Part shown: one piece after another, positions 26,025 to 40,593 of the stretch | How positions within the stretch are numbered: position 1 is the first letter of the stretch | Layout of the letters: every line of letters begins with the position of its first letter | Assembly (NCBI GenBank): GCA_951406725.2 | Contig: OX597822.1 | Span: 95,542,001 to 95,606,000, forward strand | Direction: 5' to 3' | From: Octopus vulgaris | Taxonomy: Eukaryota | Length of the DNA: 64,000 nucleotides | Translations under genes and position numbers: made by a program | The notes under the pieces: generated by a model | Database searches by the model: none | What the model saw: the letters and a program-made list of their open reading frames with translations, nothing else | What the model was told of the DNA's origin: nothing

Positions 26025-26248
26025 TTAATAATAATTTCTACTAAAGGCACAAAGCTTGAAATTTGTGGGGGAGGGGACTAGTCGATTTCATCAACTCCAG
26101 TGTTTCACTGGTACTTCATTTATCGACCCCGAAAGTATGAAAGACAAAGTCGACCTCGGCGAAATTTGAACTCAGAATTTAGCGACAGGCGAAATACTGC
26201 TAGGCATATCGCCCGGCGTGCTAACGATTCTGCCAGATCACCGCCTTA

Positions 26249-26318
<70 letters not shown>

Positions 26319-26445
26319 AAGCAAAAAAAATAATAGTACTTTCTACTGAAGACACAAAGCCTGAAATTTTGTGGGAGAGGGCTACTGGAATTAATCGACT
26401 CCGATGCGCAACTGGTACTTATTTCATCGATCCCGAAAGGATGAT
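25612..26445 (-). mobile_element. Cluster of SINE family C copies among (AAT)n and (AGT)n tracts
   Basis: Repeated tcgaccccgaaaggatgaaaggcaaagtcgacctcggcgg core. Confidence 0.8.
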
Positions 26446-26586
26446 GATGATGATGGTGAAGATAATGATCGTGATGGTGATTATTTTTTATATGCCAATG
26501 GGCGTCAGATGAAGAGGACTTTATAAAGACAGGTGAAAAGTCATTGTGGGAATTCACATAAAATTTGGGTGGTGAAGAAAGAGAAT

Positions 26587-26626
<40 letters not shown>

Positions 26627-27068
26627 AATAAAATAGATTCTATGCATAGTATAAAATATTGCAACTACAAGAAAGCTGTGGTCTTCCTGATAAGGATAAG
26701 GATAACTGATAAGGATAACTGGAACCCGGACATAAATATATACCGCTCTGGATCCTAATGTAAGCGTTATTAATGACACTTTAGAAATTAGTATGAAGTA
26801 ATATAATGTACTATTGACAATGTATATTTGCATCTAGGTACTAATTTGTGTATGTTTATTATCACAATATTGAGTCGAAAAACTGAGACATTGGATGTAG
26901 AACACATATATATGTTTACTAATTTATATTATTTACTTATATCATTATGTATATGTATATTTTTATATGTATAAGAGTGTGAATATATGCACTCATATGT
27001 ATATGTTGTATTATGGGTATGCACCCACACCCATGTGGGTATATATGTAGACTGATTTATATTACATA

Positions 27069-27195
27069 ATCTCCGAAGAGGCCTTATGATATTTTTGTAA
27101 ATGTCTCATTTATATCTATATATTGACCTACCATAAAGGGCTAATATTGGTAAAATGAGACATACTTATCTACATGGCCGAAACAGCTGTAAGAT
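27069..27195 (+). ncRNA. Type-I hammerhead ribozyme with U4C core and long stem II
   Basis: ATCT/AGAT stem I; CCGAAGA 27073-27079; GGCC/GGCC stem II enclosing atgtctcattt/aaatgagacat; GAAA 27180-27183; CAGCTG palindrome; GTA triplet. Confidence 0.75.
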
Positions 27196-28013
27196 GTAAT
27201 CTATACTTATATTTATATTTACTTATATTTATATTCTCTTTTATATATATTCTACTTATTATACAACATTACTTTTTTATGTACACTTTTTTATGTACAT
27301 TCATTTATGTACACTGATTTGTTCTGCTTTTATATCTAACCCTACAGTCTCTTATGTGGTGGTTTAATAAAGTATGTGATTGAGTATTATCTGGTAATTG
27401 ATATTTGATTTAGATGTATTTCTCCATTTTCTTATCTTGTATTAGTAATTTGTGGTAAATCATTTTACCTTTGCCCATATAATACAGTAAATGAATTGAT
27501 TACATCGCAATCATTAACATTTATGTATTAACTTTGTTGGGTACTTCACTAGCAGTATATTGGATATATGTTATCCCATGGAGGGTTGCATTTACAACCC
27601 CTATCTCAATTTGTGTATATATATATATATATGTATGTATATATGTATGAAATACATATATATATATATGATGTATCTAGCGTCATTAATAACCCCTAAT
27701 CCTAAAATTTATTTTTCTTTTCCACCACTCTCTATCTATATACCCCTCAACTCCCCTTTCGAATATGCTTAGTTCTCCACAAAATCATTCCACCTTTAAT
27801 TTATTTTCTATCAACATCTCAAATGTAAAATTATTCCTCGAAGACAGAAGCTGGTATTATCTGATTTTCTGTATGAAATGTATTTAATATTTTTTGTGTA
27901 TCGACTTGCCTAACTTGATCTTACATTTACTCCCCTACCTTCTCAAGTTTAGATCTCTTCAGCATTACGGAGTCTATTCTATACGGAGAACATCTATCTC
28001 TTGTCTATAAACT

Positions 28014-28045
<32 letters not shown>

Positions 28046-28950
28046 GCATACATTTAATATATATGTATGTATATTATAAATATATATATGTAAGTATATT
28101 ATAATTGTGAGAGTTTGGGGAGTGTTTGTGGACGAATGAATGAATTTGATGTTGCTCAAAGTGGTACGGAGCCAGCAGGATACGGCGGGGTAAACCAGAA
28201 AATGCAGTTGAATTCTATCCCTTGACTCGAGCATACATAGACCGAAACTCGCCTCTTTGAGCTGGGAAATGAAGGAAATGCTTGGTGTGTGTCTTATTGT
28301 GCCTACCCCTCCTAAAAAATAGGGAATAGGCCTGGATATATATATACAAAAAATGTATATTATAAGCAGCGATAAGCAACTATTCACCCTGTGGCTAGGA
28401 AAAAAAGAAAGATTAAACGATCTCTGATGAAGAACTAAACACTGCAACTTGTCACGTAGATTTCTGAGGTTCTGATCATAGACAGGAAAATATATGGTTT
28501 AGATAAGGTATCTGCTTTTCAAAATGAAACTGAAAATATATGTTTACGAAAGACACGCTAAATTTACCATTTATCACTATTTATTCAAAAGACTGTTTAT
28601 TACTATTATTAATTAACTTAACTCTGCAATATACATCCAACATCTTTTCAGTTGAATAGCGTAATTCGTATAGCACAATTTCTGTAGAATCATCAACAAA
28701 TTCAATAGCACCATCCACACAGGACATACATACATACATACATACATACATACATACATACATACATACACACTTACATACACACACATTCATATATGTA
28801 TATACACACACTCACCCCCACACAAACTTATGATGAATGGCTGTTGCTATTAAATTTGATCCTGCAGGAATCAAACTGTATGTATGTATGTATGTTTGTA
28901 TGTATGTATGTATGTATGTATGTATGTATGTATGTATGTATGTATGTATG

Positions 28951-28981
<31 letters not shown>

Positions 28982-29801
28982 ATAATATATATATATATAT
29001 ATATAGATATATACATATATATATACATACATATATACAAACAAACAAATGTGTATAAATAGATACATACATACATAGATTTATTTATTATATGTATATG
29101 CATCTGATATCTAATATCTAATGTCTAATATATATGTTTATAATACATGCATCACGCTATGGAATATCACACAAAGCACACATATACACGCTTACTTACA
29201 CACGCAGAAACACGTCATATACTCTATGTAACGAACATCCAATGAAATAACAGAATTCAAACACATACACACGCACACATAACATAGGACGAACGTTTAT
29301 ATAACACAACCTACACAGCGCATACATTACACAATCTCCATCCGAATCTTCCGTATATAACACGACACCCACAACGTATCTCGAATCACGGGTAATCATC
29401 CAGAACAAACATTGCACATATTCTACTCAAATAAAGTAGCAAAACGATAACAAATATCACCAGAAAGAACGAAGAAATATACTCCACTACAACACAATAT
29501 TAAATAGAAAAGAAAAAGTATTATAGAAGAAAATATTTACACTTGCAAAAGAAAAGAATGTCGCACGCAACCCAGTGATAGGACGCTGACAGAAACGTAA
29601 CAGAAACAGTTTGAGAATGCTTTGAGAAACAAAAAAAACACTGTTATGGTTTATTCAGACTCATACATTCCTGCCATGACAAACCCATTTTATTTTCAGA
29701 CCAACACGTACTAACGATTTTTTAAGATGTAGTTTAAGGGTGTTTTAGAAGGTATTTCTAGCTGGCCGAGCGACTATCTGAAAGCCTCCCCACCCACCAA
29801 G

Positions 29802-29924
<123 letters not shown>

Positions 29925-30094
29925 GATTATATTCACATATTACTTGATAGGTTTGTTCGTAGAATTTTTCCCCGGCATGCCCTATATCACTGGGTAGATT
30001 TTGCGTCTGCGCAGAGGTTTGAAAAGTTAAGATTTACAAATTGTTTAGATCAACACATGGTCTAACGCTCTGTGCATCTCGAATTAACAAAGGC

Positions 30095-30174
30095 GTCTCG
30101 CTGATGAAACCGGCCTTAGCAAACATATTCTGTCTGTTTTGCTAGAAAGAGGTAGAAATTGATCAGTCCGGGAT
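30095..30174 (+). ncRNA. Type-I hammerhead ribozyme, slightly decayed
   Basis: GTCTCG/CGGGAT stem I; CTGATGA 30101-30107; ACC/GGT plus tagcaaa/tttgcta stem II (first pair mismatched); GAAA 30155-30158; TTGATCAG near-palindrome; GTC. Confidence 0.78.
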
Positions 30175-30522
30175 ATATCGTTAATGGTAAATGTTTTTGA
30201 TTTTCACTCTCGATGAATTTATCCCCTTTTTTGTGTCCCTAGCACTTGGCATCCTTATTTGGGAGCCCTTAATTATATTTCTATATGAATAATATTTTTC
30301 TATATGAATAATATTTTGTCTAATGACTAATTCGTCTTTTGTGCTGGGCCACTGGTAGTAATCTATATTATTACCCTTTTTTGATTATATATATATATAT
30401 ATAGTTAATCCAAACAAGAAAACACAGAAAAAAAAAGAGAAAAAAAGAGAAAAAAAAACACAGCAACGCAGGACGTGGAACAATTAAAGTATTTTTGACG
30501 CTCAGGAAAGAAGGGAAGGAGG

Positions 30523-30557
30523 GTTTAACGTTTCGAGCGGAGCTCTTCGTCGGAAAC
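30523..30557 (-). ncRNA. Ultra-minimal hammerhead-like variant
   Basis: GUUU-CCGACGAA-GAGC-UCC-GCUC-GAAA-CG-UU-AAAC within a terminal-repeat fragment (30403-30600) next to (TA)n. Confidence 0.6.
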
Positions 30558-30683
30558 AAGGAGAAGGAAAGATCCCAGGGAGGGAAGACAGAGGAGAAAA
30601 TATTTGAGCTGGTGGTGCTTAAGAGATCACATATCCAGTACCGCTGCCGTAGTCTTCTTTAGAGAGACTTAGAAATAAAAATA

Positions 30684-30756
<73 letters not shown>

Positions 30757-31030
30757 GTGGAGGCGCAATGGCCCAGTGGTTAGGGCAGCGGACTCGCGGT
30801 CGTAGGATCGCGGTTTGTGAGTGTTTATTGAGCGAAAACACCTAAAAGCTCCACGACGCTCCGGCAGGGGGTGGTGATCCCTGCTGTACTCTTTCACCAC
30901 TCTTTCTCCCACTCTTTCTTCTGTTGGCCTGCTCGCTTAGCCAGCGGGGTGGCGTCATTCGAAGGGTAAAACAATGGGAACGCGATGTGTAACAACATCT
31001 GATGGTCTGGTCGGTCAAGTGATCACGTGA
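30757..31030 (+). mobile_element. SINE family B (tail type 1)
   Basis: Homologous to 7390-7699, with internal deletions. Confidence 0.85.
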
Positions 31031-31150
31031 TATATATATACATATATATATACATACATATATATATATGTATGTATGCATGTATGTATGTATATATATA
31101 TATATGAATTTATGTATGTATATATACACGTATATATATGTGTGTCTGTT

Positions 31151-31241
<91 letters not shown>

Positions 31242-31449
31242 ATGTGTGTGTCTAAATAGGAAACAGTTTTAACACGCACTATCGTACATTCGTACGATAG
31301 AAATGTAAAACTAAATAGAACTTTTTTAACTGATTTTGTCAATTAAAAGAAATTGCATGAATTGATTAAGGCAACTCTTTCTCTGTAATATTCCTTCATT
31401 TCTTCTTCGTTTCAGGATGGTAAATGGTTCCAAGCTGTTACCAAATACC

Positions 31450-31867
31450 TATTTCTTTACTGCCCACAAGGGGCTAAACAGAGAGGGAACAAACAAGGAC
31501 AAACAAACGGATTGAATCGATTACATCGATCCCAGTGCGTAACTGGTACTTATTTAATCGTCCCCGAAAGGATGAAAGGCAAAGTCGACCTCGGCGGAAA
31601 TTGAACTCAGAACGTAGCCGCAGACGAAATACCAATTTCTATACTACCCACAAGGGGCTAAACACAGAGAGGACAAACAAGGACAGACAAATGGATTAAG
31701 TCGATTACATCGACCCCAGTGCATAACTGGTACTTATTTAATCGACCCCGAAAAGATGAAAGGCAAAGTCGACCTCGGCGGAATTTGAACTCAGAACGAA
31801 AAAGGCAGACGAAATACCGCAAAGCATTTCACCCGGCGTGCTAACGTTTCTGCCAGATCGCCGCCTT
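31450..31867 (-). mobile_element. Two tandem SINE family C copies
   Basis: Family homology. Confidence 0.85.
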
Positions 31868-31899
31868 GGACGAAATTGAACTGTTGATGAAATTGAGGG

Positions 31900-32900
31900 T
31901 GCAATATGTGTGACATCTATAAAAGGTTTCAAGTTATTTGCAGAAATGATCCCATTGGCAAGAGCAATGTGAGCAGAAGACTGAAGTTTAAAGAAGAAGA
32001 AACCAATATTGCAGACAAACCATACAGTCGGAGGCTATGAACTGTGACCATCGACACTAATCGTCTCCGAGTGGAAGAATTGATTTGTATGGTCATCTGA
32101 ATCACAAGCTTAAGCTTGTTGAACATCTAGGCTGTGATTCCAATGCATTACAGAAGATTCTGGAAAGCGTGTGCAAAGTAGCTGACACTCGAATTGAAAG
32201 GGAGAGGAGTGAAATCTGCTCTGATCTGCTGGAAGCGTTTCAAGCCAATGAAGACACGGTTTTCTTTAGGTCGGTGATATGGTATGAAACGACGGTGTAT
32301 CTTTATGACCCGGGAATACGGATCAGTCCATGAGACAGCGTCTCAACTCTTCTGCAAGGCCTAAGAATTTAAAGATCTAGCGATCGGTACTGAAAATCTT
32401 GCCCAGTATTTATTTTTTTATTGATGAATATAGCAAAGACATATTCACCTTAATTTCCTGGAATATGGTTATACTGTGAACGGTGAGCATTATATGAAGA
32501 TAGTCAAAAACGCTTAGACAGGTCAGCAATAAGAAGAGACAGAACAGAAACCTGAAAATGAACCAAATTCACCATGATAATGTGCAACTAAACACATCTT
32601 TGGTAACAAATCAGGTAAAAACTGGATTGATCAGTAGTCTTTCATATTATGATACAGCTCAGATTTCATCTACTTTTCAACTCCGATTTCCACTTGCTCG
32701 GTCCAATGAAGGGCAACTTTCGGAGCCAACGAACTGATGACAATGACGAGGTGAAACACTAGTGGTGAAAACCTGGGTACAACAGTGTACAGCTGAATTT
32801 TTTGGAAGAAGATTTGAGATTTGGATTCATTGATGTCACAAATGTATTGTTTATTGTGTAGTACCTTTGTGTAGAAGAAGAATTACACAACGAACTGGTA
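31900..32900 (+). mobile_element. Highly degraded mariner transposase
   Basis: RSEICSDLL...FFRSVIWYETTVYLYDP (DETW..YDP motif) and HHDNV (HDNA motif). Confidence 0.65.
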
Positions 32901-34435
32901 CAGTCAGAACTACCTCTGTGAAACACATTGTGTTCTGTCTTATGAGTATTTAACGACATTTTCATTCATTCTTTAAGCATATAATATAGGGTATGTGTGG
33001 TTTTTGAATTTTAAATTTGTGTTGCAACTATCATATCATTGTGGGTGAAGTTGCTCGTGTATTATTCTAATCTCATTGGTCAACTAATCTTGTAATCTGA
33101 TAGTACTTAAATGACGTCTTCAAAATAACCCCATCTTTTCATTTATGATCCAGCATAGCCGTATAAGTCCAGATCAAAACATCACTCCATTCTTTGTTAT
33201 AAATGTAGTAATAAAGAATAATACATATAGCTCCTCAGAATGTACCAGGACACACTCATAAATATTTGTATGTTCATGATGAGAGTGAGTTTCCCCCTAA
33301 ATTCAAAATATCTGTAGTCAAATCGCCCATTTTTTTTAGAAGAACTGTAAATGTTTTCACCAAAGAATCCTTAAATAAGGAAATCTTATGTATAAAACAA
33401 GTATAAACCGATAATGGTTTCCTTAACAGATTAATAAAAGATTACATAGAATAATGCAAGAATAAATGCACCCACACTGATACAACTGATGTAGCACACA
33501 CTAAACAATTTGTATACCACACATATTGTGTTCCAGAAGAACCAGAGGCATTTTGGTTACAAAATGGATGACTGCGTCATTACAATATAATTTAAGAGAA
33601 TAAAGCAGAACAAATGTATGATACCCAACCACCAGAAGCTTTTTCGATATCGTACAATAACATCAAAATGAAACCACAGACTGGCAAACCAGAAATTATA
33701 GTTCAGACAACCAATGTAAAACAGAAACATTATGATTCAAACTATTATATCAGACACACAAGTACGGCACGTTTTTGTTGGTTGACTATGCATTCACAAA
33801 AAGCTACCGTACATCGTTATAATACAGAAAACGAAATAAACTTAGATAGAAAAAAAAAAACATTCCTTGACAGTGCTACAGTGTTTTCTTCGTAGAATAC
33901 CACAAAAAAGAAGAAAAAAAATAACTATATCATTTTTACTAACAGTGAAATACAAGTCAAAAGTCAACAGAGATAAATCATACGTAAAATAAATGAAGAC
34001 ATCAAGATACTGCTGGAAAATTTTGCTCCGGAAGCAGCTACAGTTACTAAATATATATTCAATTCCCTGTACGAGACACTCTCCGAGTTCGTATTGACCG
34101 CTTTGTGTTATACAGGAAATGAAAACAGTGTCTGGTCATGTTGGTTACAATATACATAAACACTCATACATACACTTACACAAACATACCTAGGTATGTA
34201 TTTTTTTTCTATCTTATTGTTATCTTTCACTTGTTTCATTTATTGGACTGCAGTCAAGAAGGGGCAATATTTTGGAGGGTGCAGTTGAAGAAATCGACTC
34301 CACTACTTGTCTTTTTTATGTCTGCTGCTTAATTTGTTGGCCTATTTTTCCCCGAACCACAAAGTCACAGAGATTCAAACAAAGCAGCGCCGATTGTCAA
34401 GCAGTGGTAGGGAGGAGAAACATTCACCCACACGG

Positions 34436-34488
<53 letters not shown>

Positions 34489-34773
34489 TACAGACACACA
34501 TACATACATACACACACACACACACAAACATACATACATACACACACACACATACATACACACACACATACGCACACACACACACACAAACATACATACA
34601 CACACATACATACATACACACATACGCACACACACACACACATAAACATACATGCATACACACACATACATACATACACACACACACATACGCACACGCA
34701 CACACATAAACATACATGCATACACACACATACATACATACACACACACATACGCACACACACACACACACAT

Positions 34774-34810
<37 letters not shown>

Positions 34811-35107
34811 CATATATAGTGTTATCCCGTAAATAATGTGTTTTTTTTCAATTACATGAACTAAAAGTCAGAGGGGGACAGGATAAACTACCTGCATCAA
34901 CTTGCTATAAAAGCAGGTTGCAAATTTACCTTATTGCTTATTCTTAGTGCATGTTTTGAAGAATGCATTTCAATTTTAACAGTAATTTTTTCAAAGCTAT
35001 AATTGAAGTGACAAAGGAGCACATTCGGCATATTGTGCTATATGAGTTCAATAAAGGCAACAATGCAGGGTAAAGTGCGAGAAATATTAATGCAGTATAT
35101 GAATGAA

Positions 35108-35436
35108 TGACCCCCTTCGGTCAGACACTGACCATGGGTTTGCACCTAGAGAGTTACCCTCTGAGGCACAAGTCTGGGCAAGGTTGTTTTTTTATGGAAG
35201 ACCAGCAGTCGCCCATGCATACCGGCCTCCCCTCTCCACGTCACCGATGTTGTCCAAGGGAAAGGCAAGGGCCGATACAGCTTGGCACCTGTGAGGTCGC
35301 AACTCATTTCTACAGCTGAGTGAACTGGAGCAACGTGAAATAAAGTGCCTTAATCAAGAACACAACACGCAGCCCGGTCCGGGATTCGAGCTCACAACCT
35401 CACGATCGTAAGCTCGACGCTCTAACCACTGAGCCA
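35108..35436 (-). mobile_element. tRNA-derived SINE, family D
   Basis: Minus-strand head tggctcagtggttagagcg...ctcgaatccc; second copy at 58089-58429. Confidence 0.85.
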
Positions 35437-35792
35437 ACAATAAGCGTATGTCAGTGTCGACAGTGGTTCTCGAAAGTGGGAGCCGGAAGTTACTGCCTAG
35501 AAGACAAACCTCATCCTGGAATTTCTGTAGAGCTCGACGAGGACGTTCTGAAAACTCTGGTGGAACAAAATCCCATCATAATTGTAGAGGAACTGGCAGA
35601 GAAGCTTGGATTTGGTTATTCAACCATTCATAGACACCCATGTGCCATCCGAAAAGTCAGCAATTTTACTCAATGGGTTCCTCACAAACTTTTCGAGTCT
35701 ATTCATGGGCAGAGAGTGAATGTGTGCTCTTCTTTGCAGTTACGTCTCACGAATGAACCATTTTTGAACCGAATTGTGACTGGTGACGTAAA

Positions 35793-36179
35793 GTGGAGGC
35801 GCAATGGCCCAATTGTTAGGGCAGCGGACTCGCGGTCATAGGATCGCGGTTTCGATTCCCAGACCGGGCGTTGTGAGTGTTTATTGAGCGAAAACACCTA
35901 AAGCTCCACGAGGCTCCGGCAGGGATTGTGGTGATCCCTGCTGTACTCTTTCACCACAACTTTCTCTCACTCTTACTTCCTGTTTCTGTTGTACCTGTAT
36001 TTCAAAGGGCCGGCCTTGTCACTCTCTGTGTCACGCTGAATATCCCCGAGAACTACGTTAAGTGTACACGTGTCTGTGGAGTGCTCAGCCACTTACACGT
36101 TAATTTCACGAGCAGGCTGTTCCGTTGATTCGGATCAACCGGAACCCTCGTCGTCGTAACCGACGGAGTGCTTAAGAAA
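35793..36179 (+). mobile_element. SINE family B (tail type 2) inserted at the first catalytic Asp motif of the mariner
   Basis: Direct repeat ggtgacgtaaa on both flanks. Confidence 0.9.
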
Positions 36180-37836
36180 GGTGACGTAAAATGGGTTCTC
36201 TCTAAAAATGTCAAGGGCTGGAGACAATGGGAAAAGACAGTGGGGGAAAGGAAAAACACCGGCACCCGAGGTCTTCATACCCGGAAGGTGTTGTTATATG
36301 TTTGGTGAGATATGAAAGGTTTAGTCCACTTTGACCGATTAATCCAAAACCCAACGATAACAAAGGAGATTTACTGTGAGCAGCTTGAGCAGCTTAAGTC
36401 AGTGCTAAAAGAAAAACGACTATCGTTGATTTCAAGACGAAAGGTGTTCTTCCATCAGGATAATGTTCGGCCACATACAGCGAGGATGACATTCCAAAGG
36501 CTGGAGCAGTTTGAATGGGAACCGATGCCCCACCCAGCATATTCGCCGGACATTGCCCCATCTGATTATCATTTATTCCGCTGTCTTCAAATCCTTTGGA
36601 TCGAAAAGATATGGATTCTACAGACGAGGTCAGAACAGTAGTGGAGGAGTATTTTTCGTCACGGACAAGTGAATTTTGGAAGAGGGTCCTTGCAAGTCTG
36701 CCAGATAGATGGAAGAGCATTGTAGAAAATGAAGGAGAGCAAATTTTAGATTATAAAAGAACCTTTTCTTAATTTTGAAAAATATAGGAAGTATTAAAAA
36801 AAACGCATTATTTACGGGATGACCCAATATATATGTGGACAGGCTTCCTCACAATCACCGGCAACTTAATTCACTGTGTGTGTGTGTGGGGGGGGGGGTG
36901 TATGTGTAAAGGCACGTGGCCAGTAATTAAGCTGTACTTCTTGTCGCTCCAGTCTTCTCAGGTGCAAATAAAAAAACTTTCAACGGATTGACGTTCTGTT
37001 CAACAGGGATGTTTTTCTCTCGGTCACTCTTTCGTCATGGAAACCATGTAATCGGAACCATAAGCTCATGGACGTATATATGCATGTTTATATTCATGTA
37101 TGTATGTATGTATTTATGTATAAACACAAACGCATAAAAGCAAAGACGACTAATATATGGTCTCAAAAAGATTAATAGACAAGCAGGCCGATAGCTTAGC
37201 TAATACATAAATCGAGAGAAAAGATAGAACAGCTCGCTATAGCATGCTAGACAGATCAATAGACGGTTAAGAGAAATAAAATACGTGTAATATATCTTTA
37301 TGGATTACATGACAAATAACATTGAATCACAATAATGTGAAAAAAATCCCATTAAACTAGCAAATCTGAACTTGCTATTAACATAAATCTGAATAATTAT
37401 TAAATAATTTGTTTCCATATTAGAAATCAGCGACATATTCCATAGGATTGTATTAACTAGGGAGAAAAATAAATGTTTCGTCAACTGCTGCATGTTACGT
37501 CAAACTGTTATGATTAATATATTTGGAAGAAATCTATCCAACCGGGCGGTTTTCTCTTACAGTATATATATGAGTTTGTTTTATGTACGCACACAGGCAC
37601 AAACAGATGCAGACACACATGTATGCGCATGCGCGCGGGAGTATGAATATAAATATATAGGTATTGTGTGTCACTATACACATGTGTGTGTTTGTGTAAA
37701 TATGTGTGTGTATGTGTAAATATGTGTGTGTGTATGTCTCTCTCTCTCTATATATATACACACACATATACATGTATGAAAAATTGTGCGTACATGTACA
37801 TATATAGACATATGTTTCTATATATTATATTATGTA

Positions 37837-37975
<139 letters not shown>

Positions 37976-38680
37976 TCGCACACACACACACACTTTCACA
38001 GGCAGCACACACACACGCATACACACACATATACATATAGAATGTTGGATGGAGGTGTTGCGTTTTGAAGTATTTTTTGTGTTTTACTAAGCTCTGAGTT
38101 TCAACTCCACCGAGGAGTCCATGAAACATTTCCAACTCAGGGTGTTGGATTAGTAAAACTGTTAAACCATTGAGCGAGGTGCCTCGCGATATCTGTTCTC
38201 ACCCTTTATATTCTGATAACGATCCCTACTGTATCTACTTGAAGCAGCAGTCTTCCTCTTGGACAAGAATGAAAAGAGGGGAAATTTCTTCTACAAAAGG
38301 AAGTCTTACCCATATCTGTACGTACAGATGCTAATTCATTGTTAGCTTTGAACAAACTTATGTAACATACATGCATAGATACATACATAAATACATACAT
38401 ATATCTACATATATACATTTATGGATACACATACACACACGCACACACACGCACGCACACACACGTACGCACTCACACACAGACAAACATACACACACAC
38501 ACAAACATACACACACACACACATACACACACACACATAAAACAGCGTGAAAGATTGCTTGATGGTACATATCAGACTATAGCAGTATCGTCCAATAATT
38601 GCGTTATCATACATGAAGCTTCCCGTAACTCACATTTAAAGCCTGCGATTATTAAATGATTATATATATATATATATATA

Positions 38681-39261
38681 GGCGTAGGAGTGGATGTGTG
38701 GTAAGTAGCTTGCTTACCAACCACATGGTTCCGGGTTCAGTCCCACTGCGTGGCATCTTGGGCAAGTGTCGTTTACTATAGCCCCGGGCCGACCAATGCC
38801 TTGTGAGTGGATTTAGTAGACGGAAACTGAAAGAAGCCTGTCGTATATATGTATATATCAGGAGTGGCTGTGTGGTAAATAGCTTGCTTACCAACCACAT
38901 GGTTCCGGGTTCAGTCCCACTGCGTGGCATCTTGGGCAAGTGTCTTCTGCTATAGCCCCGGGCCGACCAATGCCTTGTGAGTGGATTTGGTAGACGGAAA
39001 CTGAAGGAAGCCTGTCGTATATATGTATATATATATGTGTGTGTATGTTTGTGTGTCTGTGTTTGTCCCCCTAGCATTGCTTGACAACCGATGCTGGTGT
39101 GTTTACGTCCCCGTCACTTAGCGGTTCTGCAAAAGAGACCGATAGAATAAGTACTGGGCTTACAAAGAATAAGTCCCGGGGTCGATTTGCTCGATTAAAA
39201 GGCGGTGCTCCAGCTTGGACGCAGTCAAATGACTGAAACAAGTAAAAGCGTAAAAGAGTAA
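38681..39261 (+). mobile_element. SINE family A with tandemly duplicated 5' half
   Basis: The ~175-bp head is present twice, at 38681 and ~38859. Confidence 0.85.
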
Positions 39262-39565
39262 TATACATATACAGGATAAAGTCATGTAGATTCGTAAGGC
39301 CGATTTATCGCACTCTGAGGCGTATGTATTCCTCCCTCGTAGGGATGCCTGTATGTCACCGGATCACTCATTTCTGCCAGTCGAATGGACTGTAGCTACG
39401 TGATACCAAGTGTTTTGCCGAAGGACACACTGCATTGTTCGTTTCAGGAATAGAATCCACAATATTACGATCATGAGTCCAATATCCTATATATATATAT
39501 GTTCGGCAAAAGAGACCGATAGAATACGTACTAGGCGTTAAATTGCTATACAACAGAAATTATAA

Positions 39566-39941
39566 TTGTTATATTTCGGAATGGTCATTTTGCCAGTTTA
39601 GCCAATAAAAACACACGCACTATATATTTGGTGTTACTTTGCTTCAGTGTTATTTATTTTTTTACATTAATCTTAATCTTATTTCGGCCAGGGTTCTTTC
39701 GTCACACTCCTGTGACCGCATCAAAATGGCTGACAGTTAGTAAGGAGAGACACAAATTAGAAAGAAGAAAACAAAGGACCACTGATGCGGTCACAGGAGT
39801 GTGACGAAAGAACTCTGGCCGAAATAAGATTAAGATTAATGTAAAAAATAAATAACACTGAAGCAAAGTAACACCAAATTTATAGTGCGTGTGTTTTTAA
39901 TTGGCTAAACTGGCAAAATGACCATTCCGAAATATAACAAT
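39566..39941. mobile_element. Inverted pair of PLE-like terminal repeats
   Basis: Arms 39566-39723 and 39783-39941; same family at 56477-57388 and 60288-60460. Confidence 0.75.
39779..39818 (+). ncRNA. Hammerhead-like variant with CUGAUGCG core
   Basis: CCA-CTGATGCG-GTCAC-aggagt-GTGAC-GAAA-GAAC-TC-TGG; repeated at 57230-57269. Confidence 0.5.
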
Positions 39942-40120
39942 GTCTGTTTTAACACACGACTTCACATAAAAAATCTTGCACATCAAATATATAAACGTAG
40001 CAAATATAATTATAATTATTATCATAATTTTTATTGTGTGGCAATTTAACGCTGTTATTATTTGCTGGCCACTAATATCATTGTTGTTATTACCAATTAT
40101 TTATATTTACTGCTATTTAC

Positions 40121-40593
40121 TGGTTGTATACTGTCAACATAACGTGACAGTCCCATAAAGGGAATTACACCACCGCTATTTAGCCCTTGGAAGCATCGAC
40201 GCTTCCTGTCGGCTTTGACACGTTTCCTGTGTCCTTATAACCACTCCATCGCTCCACCACGGCTCATGTCTCTCTGAGACATTTAGAAATTCAATATTTC
40301 TAATTTCGGTAACCAGTGAATAGATTTCACTGTAAATACATATATTTGCGAAGGCTTGACAGGCAACTCAACTAGCAGGACTTGCTACCCTGGACTGATG
40401 ACGAGAAAGACTCAGAAACATGCATGTCTTCAGGTGCTAGTCCCAGCCGGTGGGGGTGCTTGCCTCCCCTTCGCAAATATAAGGACACAGGAAATGTGTC
40501 AAAGCCGACAGGAAGCGTCGATGCTTCCTAGGGCTAAATATCGGTGGTGTAATTCCCTTTACGGGACTGTCTCGTTATGTTGACAGTATACAA

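Larger units (their letters stand above)
34817..36827 (+). mobile_element. Mariner transposon interrupted by two SINEs
   Basis: TIRs ..tcccgtaaataatg / cattatttacgggatgacccaa flanked by TA; WVPHKL, RIVTGDVKW, HQDNVRPH, HPAYSPDIAPSDYHLF. Confidence 0.93.

Noticed and set aside
28423-28475. CTGATGAA followed by a GAAC/GTTC stem
   Set aside because: No GAAA or cleavage triplet follows the stem.
35793-35870. tRNA gene calls at SINE heads
   Set aside because: They continue into multi-copy SINE bodies with TSDs and lack proper acceptor stems.
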